NCBI GenBank assembly: GCA_965202585.1
Contig: OZ241828.1
Span: forward strand, 56,544,001-56,608,000
Direction: 5' to 3'
DNA length: 64,000 bases
Source of the DNA: Thalia democratica
Taxonomy: Eukaryota
In this document: positions 35,873 through 48,900 of the stretch, piece after piece
Numbering within the stretch: the first letter of the stretch is position 1
Layout: each line of letters begins with the position of its first letter
The notes under the pieces: generated by a model
The model's input: the letters and a program-made list of their open reading frames with translations, nothing else
What the model was told of the DNA's origin: nothing
Database searches by the model: none
Program-made: the position numbers and the translations under genes

Positions 35873-38800
35873 CTATTCTAAAGGTATAATACTCATATAA
35901 GTGGTATACGAAAAATGAAATAAAAACCGGTTTTACATGTGTTTTATTGTAAATTCCCATAAGTTGTATATATTGTAATTTCTTATAATACGTCGAGCGC
36001 TCTACCTATTCAAACAAAACAACATTAATTGAAATTTAAAATTCAACTTATTATGTAAATTATTATTGGAAATGAAAATAAGTAAACTTTCAAAGAAGTA
36101 AATAGCAAAATTTGCATTTTTGTTCAGCAAAACTAAATAGTACCAAGTATATAAGTTTGGAAACTATTATTTTTTATAAAAAATGCAACTTTTTTTGAGA
36201 CTAGCTTAAGTTGAGCTATTTGACAAATAATTTTGATAGCAAAAAATGACCGATTTTGTTAGTAAGTTGTTGTTTTTATTATCTTTTGGTATTATCTTTT
36301 AATTGATTAGCACAGTTTGTTTGCTGTATGGAACAAGTATTTAAAAACATAGGTTTTTGGTTTTTTGGTTTTTACAGCTTTTAGTTGTTGAATGCTAACA
36401 CATAACTACTAGATTTTTTAAAAGTTTTAGTTGTTTAATTTCTTCCAAATTAGTTTTAAGAGTAAAAAGAAGTAATCAAGTTAGACTAAAAACAAATTCA
36501 TTAAAAAAATTGGTTACTAAATGATCCTAAGAAATTTTAACTTAAACTAAAAGTGAATTTTAATAAATTTTAGTCTTTTTTTAATAAAATATATATGTGG
36601 ACTAGTTTGCATTAACAAAAATTAACTAAATACTAAATTATTAACTGAATAAAAGCAATATTTCCTATTAAAAATTATATCATAAAGAAAATCATCTATA
36701 CTTATTAATGGAAATATTTTACCAAAATTGACAAAATAAATGTGTCATTTTCTAAATTTTAGTAATAAAAAGTGTTCTTTATAGTCTTTCGAACTGATTA
36801 TATGATTGAATAAAATAACTATTAAATAAAATTATGACAAAACAAAAATTACTGTAACCAAAAATTTTAAACACTTCCTAGTGAAAAAATAAGTTGTATT
36901 ACCAAGTTTTATCACAGTTTGGTTTATAATATCGTTTGTATTTTTAATTATTGAAACAAAAGACTATAAACTAGATTAACTTTTTGCTTTGAAATTACTT
37001 TTGTAATTAAAAAGTTTTAAACTTTGTAAAAACAAAAGTAAGAATAAAATACTATTTTTTAATAAAATTAATTTTTCCACAAAAAATTCTAATGTCTTAA
37101 AAGAATTTGTAAGTTTTGTGGCTATTATTCGTGTCTAATTAAATGTTTGTATTACTAGTGTTGCAACGAAAGTTCACGGTAATTAACTAAAATACTTTTT
37201 TATACAAAAACTAGACAAACTACCACTAAAAGATCGTTTGAGATTATCTTAAAATTAAGAAAACAAAGTTTTTCTTCTTTAAGACATAGTTTAAGTTAAC
37301 TTGGTGGCAAGAAAACCAAAATTTGTTTTTGGACAAACAAATTAAAACAAAACGTTTTTTTAATAAAAACAGTTCTCCGAAAACTTTATATCTGATCGTT
37401 TTGAGTGCGTTTAATCTTTTGCTTTCAACAATTACAATAATTCATAATTTCTAGTACATAAGTATATGCGAAACCATAGCTACATACTTACATAAGTTTG
37501 TGTTTGTTATTTAGCGTTTTGTGTAAATATTTATTTTGCTTAAACTATAAATAGTAGTTACAAGATACTTATTAATAACGACAATTCAAGCCCACTCAAT
37601 TAATTTATTTTTAAATACTCTCCTTGCTGAAAAGTACCATACAGTTGTTATAAAACATGTTCAATGAAGGTTGATGCATGTTTTTGTACATCGCTTATCT
37701 TGAAACAATTTTTACGTCTGTCATATTTGTTATAAATATATATTAAAATCATCATAAATGTTTATTTGATTTTACTGCAACTTAAATTTATACTTTATAT
37801 GAAAAAAAAGATTTTAAGTAATTGTGTGAAATTAAACATTAGTGCATAATTAAGTAAAGACTAAAAAGATATATAAAAGTGTTAGTTTTAACTTTTTTAT
37901 TTATATATATTTAGACAAGGAGTTTTTAATGGTCTGGACAAGTATTTTTATAAATACCATTTAATCAAAATCTAAATAGATAAAATATATTTTTTATATA
38001 AAAGTAAAAAACAAGTATAAATTAAGCTAGATACTATTATTAATTAAAAATATATAGTTTTCTCCTGGTTTATTATTCGAAAACCTACTTTAACTGATTT
38101 TAAAAGAGTTTTTTTATTCAAGAAAAGTTGAAGTCTTGGATAGTATATAACAAAACAATTTTTAAATATAATTTCTGAAGTGTTAAATCTTAAAGTTTAA
38201 AAGAAAAAAAAGATTACCAAAACATAAGCTTTTAATAATAAAAAACATGGCATAAGCAAACTATTATATATTTTTCAAATCTACACATCTAATACAAATC
38301 TCTACTTTCAATGAGGGATTTTCTAGTACGATAACCAATGGTTTATTCTTTTTAATGAATAATTATATGTTTTTTGAAGGAAGCTATTGAAGTTAAACAA
38401 GAAATTTATGTTTAAAGGGTAACAATGGTTTAATCATCTATGAGCTACTTTTTTACGCTTTGCGTAATTATGAGTGGTGTCTAAATTTGTAAAATGTGTA
38501 GTAATCAAGATTTGAAAAGCTTTTAATTTGACAAAAAAATAAATTTTTGCATTGAAATATTTTCATCAGTCAATAAACTTATTTATCTTTTTCAGATAAG
38601 GTTTATCAAAACTTATTTGTTAAAAGAATATTCTTGATATCAATAAAAACATCTGCTGAAAGGGCAAGTTTGAACAACCGTTGTAACTTTTTATCTAGTA
38701 TAAATCAACTTTGAAATTTTAAACCCTCGCAAACCCTGATTGCGGTAAGCCGAGCAATTTGTAATGTTTGTGATAAACTCAAGCGCTTAAGTGGCTTACT

Positions 38801-39754
38801 GCAGTGAAGCTTTTTATCTTCAATTATAATAGTTCAGAGGTTTTTGATATTTTTCAGCGTAAAACTGAAGCTAATCAATGAAATGTGCGAATGTGTTTAA
38901 AAAATGTAAATTTCATAAATAACTTGTGGCGCTAAAAGTTAACTGATTGAAGAGAGTAATTTTTAATGCGGAAAATATTGTGTGTTACAACTGAAAAAGA
39001 TTAAGATTTAAACAAAAGTTGAATTTAGTTAAAATTCTTTAGCTTTGAACAAGTAATTTTTTTTGATCAAATTAAAAATATAAACACTATGAGTAGCTCT
39101 TTGTAAAAATAATTAACAAATAATGTTTTACAAGTGTGTATCTATATAAACTAAAAATGTATCATTATATCTATTAGAAATGTGAATCATAACAGTACAT
39201 TTAAGTTATAGAAAAGTTAAAACTACAAAAAGTAAGTAATGTTTTTCTAAAATAAAACTTAAATATGTAAACATAAACTAAGGAGAAAACTTAGTACCTT
39301 TTAGTAACTTAATTGCTTTTAACAATACGGAAGTAAATAAAAAGGAAATAAACAACATTGCGGAAACAAATATCTAAAGTTTAAGTAGCATTATAGTTTT
39401 TATTAGATGTAATATAATTTATTTAACTAGAACTTATTAATTTCAAAACAAAATGTTTAAAATCACATTATTTTAAATAAACAATTCGTTTAACATAACC
39501 TAAACAAACTGTAATTATAACATACGGTGATTAAGCTATTACGATATATTAAACTTTTTCGTCATTCATTATATTTTGCAACTTTTTCTTTTTCTTGCAA
39601 TGTAGTCATATATTTCTTTTTATATAAGTTTTACAATTTTTCCTTTGATGGTCTTAAAGCCTTTAAAACAAAATATCATTATGAGAAAGTTTAGTTTCCC
39701 TCAAACAATTAGCATGAGTTGGTCAACTCAAAAACCCTCGACCCTGAAAACGAG

Positions 39755-39953
39755 TGACGTCACGTGCGGTCATTGAAGCGTGACATCTGCCGTCGTAACA
39801 GACCGAAATCACCGACGTGGAACGGCGGTTTTTCTCAACTCTCTCAAACTTTTTCTAGCCGACGGGAAAACAGTTTCAGTAAAAAAACAAGCTTCTGCAG
39901 GATATGCACTAAGAGCAGAAAACCTTAATAAAAATTCGTGAAAAACTATAAAA
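39755..39953 (+). promoter_or_regulatory. Putative promoter of the fasciclin gene
   Basis: CpG-retaining patch containing TGACGTCA (CRE, 39755-39762) overlapping CACGTG (E-box, 39761-39766); tataaaa at 39947-39953. Confidence 0.4.
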
Positions 39954-39992
39954 ACTTAAATAGCCAAAGAAATATATTTACAGTAAAAAAGC

Positions 39993-42900
39993 ATGAAGCT
40001 TGTATATTTTGTGTTTTGTGCAGTTTGCTTGATAACCTGTCGCGCAAGCAACAAACTCAGCTTGGAGAAATCTGAAAAAATTCAGCAGTTCCTCGAGGAA
40101 GTGAAAGAACAAGAAAGCAACCTCGTCGGAGGAGCCGCCCGGAGGTCCGAGGTCGTCAGCAAGCCGCCCTCAAGCCCGCCCTCCCTCCAAATACGGGCGG
40201 GGACCGAAGAAGAGGCGGGGGAGATCGTCAGGAGGCTGAGCGCCCACTTCGACGTCGCCATTGACAACGTGGGCGGCGACGGGTTCGTGAGCTTCAGGAA
40301 CATGAACCTCGAACTCCGCAAGAAAAGCGAAATGAGCGCGGACGAAGCGATTGAAGGTCAGCGTCCAAGTTGGACTAAAAGGTGAGAATATTTGTACAAC
40401 AATTATATTATTAACATAACGAGGTAGAATTATTATATAAAATATGTTTTAAACAGCTTTTTGAAGTTTTCTTTACAATAAAGCTTAAAAGCATGATTAA
40501 TAGAAGCTTAAGAAAAGCGTTTGTAAATAAATTTAACAATTAAAACTTAAAAGTATGATAAACCGATGCTTTTAATAAATAAATTTAAAAATCTCACTGT
40601 TAGTCAATTAGAAAAAAATAAAGAAAGTGCGTATTTTATTACCAACTAAGTCGATCAGTATATTGCGACTAAGTTCAATGAAGTTTTTATGTCAAAAATG
40701 TCAAAAACACTTTATATTTATTTGATGTTTTGTTAAAGCTTTTGTTTTTAATAAGATAAAACTTATCACTATAATAAGATAAGATAGAAGGACTTGCTGC
40801 TGAGTGATAAGTTTTCATCTAATTTGTTTTAAACTAATTTTAATGACAGTTTTGCAGTTAACTTCGCTTGAGGCTGTCGTATTTATTTACAAAATAGTTG
40901 ACGCTTTAAAACTTGATAAACAAATATTTTTTTTCTAATTAAGCATTGGTTTCATAAGACGTTATGAACCTAAAAATAACAATAAAAGTTAGAATGAAGA
41001 TAAATGTCTGATTAAATATAGTTTTGTCAACAATAGTATGTTTTGCTTTTTTAGTCAGTCAAAATAACTCGAGACTTGTGTTATATGATAACAGTGTAAA
41101 AACGTTATTTTTTTTTTACTATGTAAAAAATTCACTCAAATTGTATTCATTTCCAACATTTTTAGAAAAAACTACAAGCAATAATAAATCTTTTTAAATA
41201 TGTACTTAAAATAAGTTCACTATAAAAGGTCTCAATAAAAAACTCAATAACAAAGCTTTAGTACTTAATCGAAACGCCGTTGCGTTAAAATAATATTTAA
41301 AATTGGAAAGTGTCGATATTGAAAATTATGGTCATTAGTCGATACTAAGCTTTTAATAGGAAGCAATTTAGAAACAACTTAGCTTTCTTTTCTTTGCACA
41401 AACACCAGACAAACATCCGTTTGACAGTGAAATAGTTTCCTTTTGTTTAAAAAAGTCAATGCTTGCTATAAGTGTTTAAAATCACAAAAACCTTGAGTCG
41501 TATTTTACTATGTTCAATAAGTATATACAGTACCAGTAAATGTAATTATTATTGTTACTTGATATATTTTTAAACAAGTTTCATAGTTTAGCATAAATTT
41601 CAGCTTTAAATACTTCTAATTTATATCAACTCATCTAAAAAAAGGTGTTACGTTAAAAACTGTTTCTGCTTATATAGTTTCTATTTTTTTAATATTGCCA
41701 CTAACAAACATTGTTTTAAAACTGCGTTTGTTTGAAAATATAACTGTAGGACTATTCAGACAACATTGTTTTTAAATTTTACAATGTATTATAAAATCAT
41801 AAGCAGCTATAGAAAAGTAAATGTATAAAACTACCTGATTAATGAACAGAGTAGCTTTTTATTTGAATGTAACTCAAGCATACCACTAAGTCACATTATC
41901 AAAAGATGATTAAATAATGCTTCAAAGTATCATGGTGGTCTTTCTAATTTCAAATTAAGTTTTAATTTTCCGCTTTGATGTATGATTAAAACTGATTGAG
42001 AAGATAAACAAGATTATAAACTTAATTAATTTTTGTGTTAAGCGTGTTAGAGTATTTAAATTTTTATACTACAAAATGTTTATGATATATTTTCATTAAA
42101 GGCTATAACCATTTAATGTTTTTTTGTATAGATTAATTAATTAAAAGAAGTTATTAATATTTTTACAAAGAAGACAACAATGCACTTGTATCAAAAAAAC
42201 CACTCGGAATCAAATAAAACTTAAAACAATTATTAGCACTCAAAGTTTTTTACTTGAAAAGAACCAGGTCTTTTATTAAAAAATACTCGCTTTGAAACTG
42301 AATTAAACTGCCTTTTTTGACTCTGTCAAACAACAAACAAAAAACAAGCAATAAATCACAGTAGTCTGACAGCATCGAAAAAGATCAAAAGTTATTAAAT
42401 GGACTTTTGAACGCAAGATCATTACTGTGCTTTTCTGGCAACTTTTTAATTTATCAACGGTTTATTTGTGTTCTGAGGTTTATCTGAACATAATCGCGCT
42501 AAATTGTGTGTTTACCAACCAACTTAACGTTTTAGATATTTATCTTTAAACGGCCGTGTTATATGCTTATTATATTTAAGTGTTGAAATTATAGTTGTAA
42601 CAGTAAAAAGCTAACATTTGTTCTAGAAAAGGTTCAAAGTACTTTCAAAACTTTCTGAATAATTTATAAAGTTCACTTCGAACTTTAAGCAATAAATATT
42701 TCATGCTACTTCAAAAGCATACTAAGTTTCCAATGAAATAGTTGAACTTGATATAGATATTAAAATAATTCCTTAAAATTTAAAACTTTGTTTTTTGTTT
42801 TTATTAAGTTTTACGAAATATTTAAACTCTTCAGTAACGCAAATGTGTATTGAAAGTTATTGTTTACACAGCCGTTTATTTTATTTCCTCCCTTTTGTAT

Positions 42901-45900
42901 GAGAAAATGCTCTTAAAAAATTTGTCTAAGAAAACTTTAAAAGCTTATTTATGACTAATAACGATTTTATAGTTAAAGTAGCAAACTAAGCCGATACCTT
43001 TTGATGAGAAAGGCGGTTATCAGTATCAAAAATACCTAGTTAAATATAGATGATTAATATAAATTGAAAGCAAAACTTTTTTTATAAATGCTGACAGGTC
43101 CTATTTAAACAGTCGATTTCAACTAGAATAGTTCTATTGTTCTGTATTCTTAAACACATGCATTAAACCTTTACATGTTTTGTGTTTTTATAATCAGTTA
43201 AAATATTTAACCAGACAATGGCATTGAGGCGCCTGCTTTAATCTTTTAATTTTTTCGAATTTTTCAAACTATCGGTACAAAGTAACTATTGTTTTCACCG
43301 ATTGTTTACATTACCCGTTTCGCTAATATGGACATTAGCTCGTTTGATAAAGTTCAATTTGGTAGCCAAAGTTTCATGAACTATTTAATTAAGATTAACA
43401 TCTTGCTTCTTTTTGCTGTCTTTTCGTTTTTGTTTAACACCGTACTTTTTTAGCTTTTTCTAAAAGTTTAAAGGTTTAAAACGAAATGACGCTTGTGCTT
43501 ACGTGACTAAAAATTTAAGAACATTTTAACGTTTACATTAAAAAAAAAACTTATCTTATAATGAAAAACACTAAAAGTTGTGCTATATATGTTTTAAAAA
43601 GTGCCTGAAACTGTTTAATTATGGCAAAAAAAATTTAGAAGTTTTTATTGTCCATGGTGTAATGTTCATTCTTGATTTTATTATTCTGTTTATTAAGGTT
43701 ATAATTTTTTATTGGGCTTAAGTAAATAAAGACTTTATTTTATATGCTTATCAGCTAAGTCTCATACTACAATCACAAAAAAAAAAATTAATGACGCTTC
43801 ATATTAAAAATTGAATATCTGCACGACCGTGTTAATAAAACTCATCGTAACACCAACTTACTATATCTACCAGCAACAAAATTTTAAACTGCATCTAACC
43901 TTACCCTGTGGTGTTTTACTTTTTAAAAACAACTTTTATTTCTATTGTCTACAGCACAGCTTGTATTAAAAAGCGGTTTTAATACCTATCATCAAGACAA
44001 AGTGCTGAGAAAACGTTTTAACACCTCCCATTTCGAAGAGACAATTGTAAACATTTTATTGTCAAGTCTGTTTACGGCAACTTTTCTTTTGAGTGAGTAA
44101 CGCAAACGGGTTTTAATCCAATTCAAAATTGTAATTATTCTCACTTACTTGCTCGCACTTGCGATAATTATACCAGTCTGACCCGATGAACTGAGATTTA
44201 ACTGTAAATCGGATAAATTTTTTGGTTTTATTTCGAAGAGTTTAAACATTTTACGATCTTTTTATGTACATTTTTAATAAAGGACCACCCAGCTTTCAAA
44301 GTAACTTATATCTGTAACATGAATATTTTCAAATAGCTACATATAAAAACAATGCTATAATTGGAAAACTGCTTTTATATTAAGTTTCATGTGCTTTTGA
44401 GTTATGGTTTGAAAAAAAAATCATTGTAAGCTAATTATTTTAATACGAATACTTAAAAATATAGATGAATGTGCGTGTATATTTTTACTTAAATGATATT
44501 TGTTCTTGCGGTCAAAACCATATAAACGATTAATCAAAACAACAAAGTAGAACTAACAATCATTTTTATATATTACTAACAATACTTCAAACGAACATTA
44601 TCTACGTTTAAAATTTTGATGATAAATTACCGAAAACATCAGTGTAATTTCGTACCAGCTTGCGAAGATCTTAGTCACAAATTCCATAACTAATTTGACC
44701 AACTTTGTTTTTATAGTAGTTTTGAAATGGGTAAAGCTGCTAAGTTTTTTTTTTATACGAGCGGCCGATTTACAAACATTTTTTCTTAGTTTTTCAACTG
44801 AGTATTACGGGGTATTGTGATACTTGAAACTTTGTTTGATATATATCTAAATCATAATTGAATTTTAATGGTGTCTAAACATTTGATAGTATAGACTTAC
44901 AATGGTAATGTTTTATTTTCTTTACAAATTAGAGTATATGTTTAAAATTGCTTAAAGTGTAACAAAAAGTTTTGTTAATGCTTAATTATTTTTTTGTTCA
45001 AAAAATAAATTTTAAAAACTAGCTTTCTCATTAAAAAAAAACTAAAAGTACCTACGGGTTGAAAATTAAAACTTTTAATATTTTAACAAAAAACATCGGC
45101 GAAAGTCAGCAGAGCAGAAGCCTGGACTTTCGTTTGCCGTGAGACAAGCTCAATACAATAGGGTTGATCACGCCAATTCGACCATCAGACCACAAGTTTC
45201 GGTAGACTGAGACCGGTTTCGTCCTTATTAGGACTCATCAGTCAGTCACAACCGAAAAACTTGTAGTCGTCAATCTACAAACGGTTTATGTTGTTTTAAA
45301 CGTTGCACGGCAAATGACAATGCTGACGTCACTGATCATTGCTAGCAAATAGTTGATTCATGTGAAAGCATGATAAACCGTTTGTAGATTGACGACTACA
45401 AGTTTTTCGGTTGTGACTGACTGATGAGTCCTAATAAGGACGAAACCGGTCTCAGTCTACCGAAACTTGTGGTCTGATGGTCGAATTGGCGTGATCAACC
45501 CTGTTGTTTTAATATTTTATATATAAAAAACTAAAATTATCAACAATAGTGTTTCTGAGTTACAAATTTAATTATTTGGATATTTTTCATGCTAATAAAA
45601 AGTATTTAGATATTTAACATGTTAATTATGAAACATTTTAAGGTATAAAATGATTCCTTACGAATTTTTTAGCATAATAAGACAAATGTTTGACATAAAA
45701 AAATACTTATGTAGTTAAAACATTATTTGTAATTTATATATATTTTATCTAAGTTAACGAGACAAAACTTTTTTTTACAAAAGGTTTATTCTGAAATAAT
45801 GATACATAAAAACTAAAAAAATTCTAATTAATTATACTGGATTATCTTGTAACAACTCTTTTTATTGATTACAATAGTTTTAAGTAATTTTATTAATTAA

Positions 45901-48900
45901 GTTAGAATAACAAATTTTCAGTATTTAAATAAAAGCAAACTTTTAATCGCTTTAGAAAATAAAATTTACTTATTTATTTCGTAACACCTACAGAAAAATC
46001 TTTTGAAATTAAAATCACGTTTGGTATTCTTTAGACTTTTAGAGAACATACTTTAAAGTAACGCGTAGTAAATATTTCATAACATTATATACATTCAAAG
46101 GTAACAACTAATTAAAACACAGGTCGCACGTGTGTAAATACGAATCAACCGACTTCTACCACTTTCCAGTGAAGTTGGTTGCCTACCTGAAACCTTCGGT
46201 CAAGTGCTGGCAGAACAAAATAAAAAACAAGTTCGTCTGCTTGAAGAGGTTGGAAAATTTCACAACTTTATAAAATTACAGTTATTAAGTTAAAAACTAT
46301 GCAAAAACTGATAAAACATTGGTAAAAATTTTGTTAAATTTAGAAAGGTATGTTGCACAAGTTTAAATTTTATATAATGCTATATAATTATAGTTAACAA
46401 TCTATAATAAATAGATGTCTTAATAGCACAAAATTACAGTTATTAACTTCTGAGATTTTTAATGATGATGCAATTTTTCACAGCTACGGAAACGGAAGGA
46501 ACATTCCGACCGGCAGGATCGCTTGGAGCTGCTGTGAGAAATTTGTTTTCAGTAAAGCGAGAGGCTACTGCGTCAGGAAACAAAAGAATAAAGGTTTCAA
46601 AACAAGAAGCTTTATTTCTTGTATATTTATATTAATAGGCGATTGAAACTTTGTTACAAAAATTTTAAATAGTTGAGTTACTAAATGGTGATTAATTTTG
46701 TATTGAGTTTTTTGTTTTTAATCATTGACTGTCAGTTGTTTTTACCAAACTTACATTCTATTAATTGTATAGTCATGTTTGATAAAGTTGAGTTCTACTG
46801 TTTTTTCGAAGGTTAATTACATTAATAATATAATAAGATTTACAGAGATTTAAAACTTAAAAATAAAGTAATTATCGAATGTACTTATAGGGAATTTTAA
46901 GTTTTTTTTTTTTGTTTTGAACCCAACAAAACAACTAACTTTATTTTATAAAACACAAGAAATTATTTTTTTTGTTAATTTAAGTAAATTAGATAAATTT
47001 TACATGCTTATTTATACTTTAGATTAAATACCATCTCTATAATCAGCTGAAAATGTCAATAATATTCCTCTGATCAAAAATAAATTGCAAAACTGTCAAT
47101 TTTGTTTTTCACATGTTTCTATGCAGATATACATAACAACTAGTGGCATTATAAATAAAAGGTGTCATAAATGCACGGAGCGTCACTTTTGAATAAACCA
47201 AAACTTTTTAATTAAAAATCCTATTTTAAAATGAATAAGCAAACTGTTTTTTACTTATTGGAAAACAGTGTTTTAAAATAAAAAAGTGACGTTTCGTGCA
47301 TTTGTGACTCGTTCCCTTTCAAATATAGTTATTAGAGAAGTTTAATTTAAAAAACAAATTCTTGTTTAACTTAAAAATAAATAAAAAATAGTAAAGAAGG
47401 CCAGTCTCGCCTTCAACCAGCCGATACAAGTTTCAACTATCGACGAGAGGGGACTGTTCCAAAAGAGCAAGGAAAAAAAGAAGCGCAAGAAGAAGAAGAA
47501 AGGAAAGAAAAGCAGAAGAAAAAACAAGAAGAGGCGAAAGAAGTCGAGCAGGAAGAGGAGCGAACAAGTTGAGAGGAAGAGGAGCGAACAAGTTGAGAGG
47601 AAAATATTCACAAGCTTCAGAGCAGAACACACCAACGGTAATTGTTTTCAAAACATTTTCGTTGAAAATTTTTATCTAACTTTGCTATTTTTTAATTTTT
47701 AAATATCTTTAAACAACTTGCTAGCAGAGTTTCAAGTCAATCAAGCATAGAATTTAAAAAAATAAATAAGACAAACAATCTAAGGCTGATTTTACTGAAT
47801 TTCTTTTATCTAATGCGAATTTTAAATACTTACTTTGCCATACATCTACTAAAGCATCAGTTAACATAATCAGTAGAAAATAAAATGCTACAGATGATTT
47901 TTTGGTTAGTCAAACTAAAATACATTTTTTTGCAAATTTTTTCTAACAGAAAACGCAGAATATTTGAAAAACATAGCTGGAAACTCAATTATAGAAGATA
48001 AACTGGTTGGGTTCGACTCTTTTGAAAATAATAACGTTTACAAAGTGAGTTTTACGATATGATATTTTAAAACCATTAACTAGCAAGATAAGATGAAAGC
48101 TCAAAAATATTTTAGAACAATCTAAAGATTGGATTTTTTACTAATAAATTTCAGCTTTAATATAAATATTAAAGGCCACATATTTACAACATGTTGAATA
48201 AAAGTTTTTAAAAATACTTGTTGCTAATACAAATTAGCTTTTATAACACAAAAAAGGAAATGTCGCTAATTTTACTATATTTTTTAGAGCGTTTTTAGTT
48301 AGCAAAGTACATAAACTAGTCATTATATTTATTATATGCTCGAAAAGTCTTCTACAAAAATAAGTAGACGTGAGCCAATTCAAACTATCTCAAAAAAAAA
48401 AAAACTTAAGGCACAGTCAGGAATGACAATAAGACTGAACAGCTTCCATAACGATGTTTGGACGGCAAACTGCCAGAAAATAACCCAACCCGACTTCTGG
48501 ACGTCTGACACCGCCGTCGTCCACAAAACATCAGGAATCCTGTCCAATGTTCAGGATTCCGTTGCTAGTTACCTGAGCATGAGAAGCAGCTCATTTTATA
48601 TTTTTCTAAAAGGTTCTTATTGAATTTATATTAAAATTTAAGTAGTCGTACCCTTGAGTACTTTGAATAAAGTATTAACTTGCGTACTTAAAAGAAAGTG
48701 TTTACCTAAAAACTACGTTTTTAAGAGATAAGTTACTGCATATTAAAATTAATCAATTATTGTAAAAGAATATTAAGTATTTTTTACACACTTTAAAGCG
48801 CTTTCCAAAGTTGAAGGCTTGATTAGCTTGCTGGAGTCAAATGAACACCCCGTGACCCTTTTTGCGCCGACAAACTCGGCATTCGAAAACTATTCGTTTG

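Larger units (their letters stand above)
45086..45506. mobile_element. Retrozyme-like / Penelope-type non-autonomous insertion with internal inversion
   Basis: Flanked by a 13-bp direct repeat ttttaatatttta (45073-45085, 45507-45519). Absent from the paralogous intron copy near 56590-56640. Perfect 130-bp inverted arms at 45160-45289 and 45373-45502. Confidence 0.85.

Noticed and set aside
45091-45140. IGES..SRSLDFRL as a GIY-YIG endonuclease remnant
   Set aside because: Too short, stop-bounded, and antisense to the hammerhead-defined orientation; likely chance.
47366-47651. Leu/Phe-rich minus-strand ORFs resembling membrane proteins
   Set aside because: Reverse complement of the Lys/Arg codon run in fasciclin exon 4.
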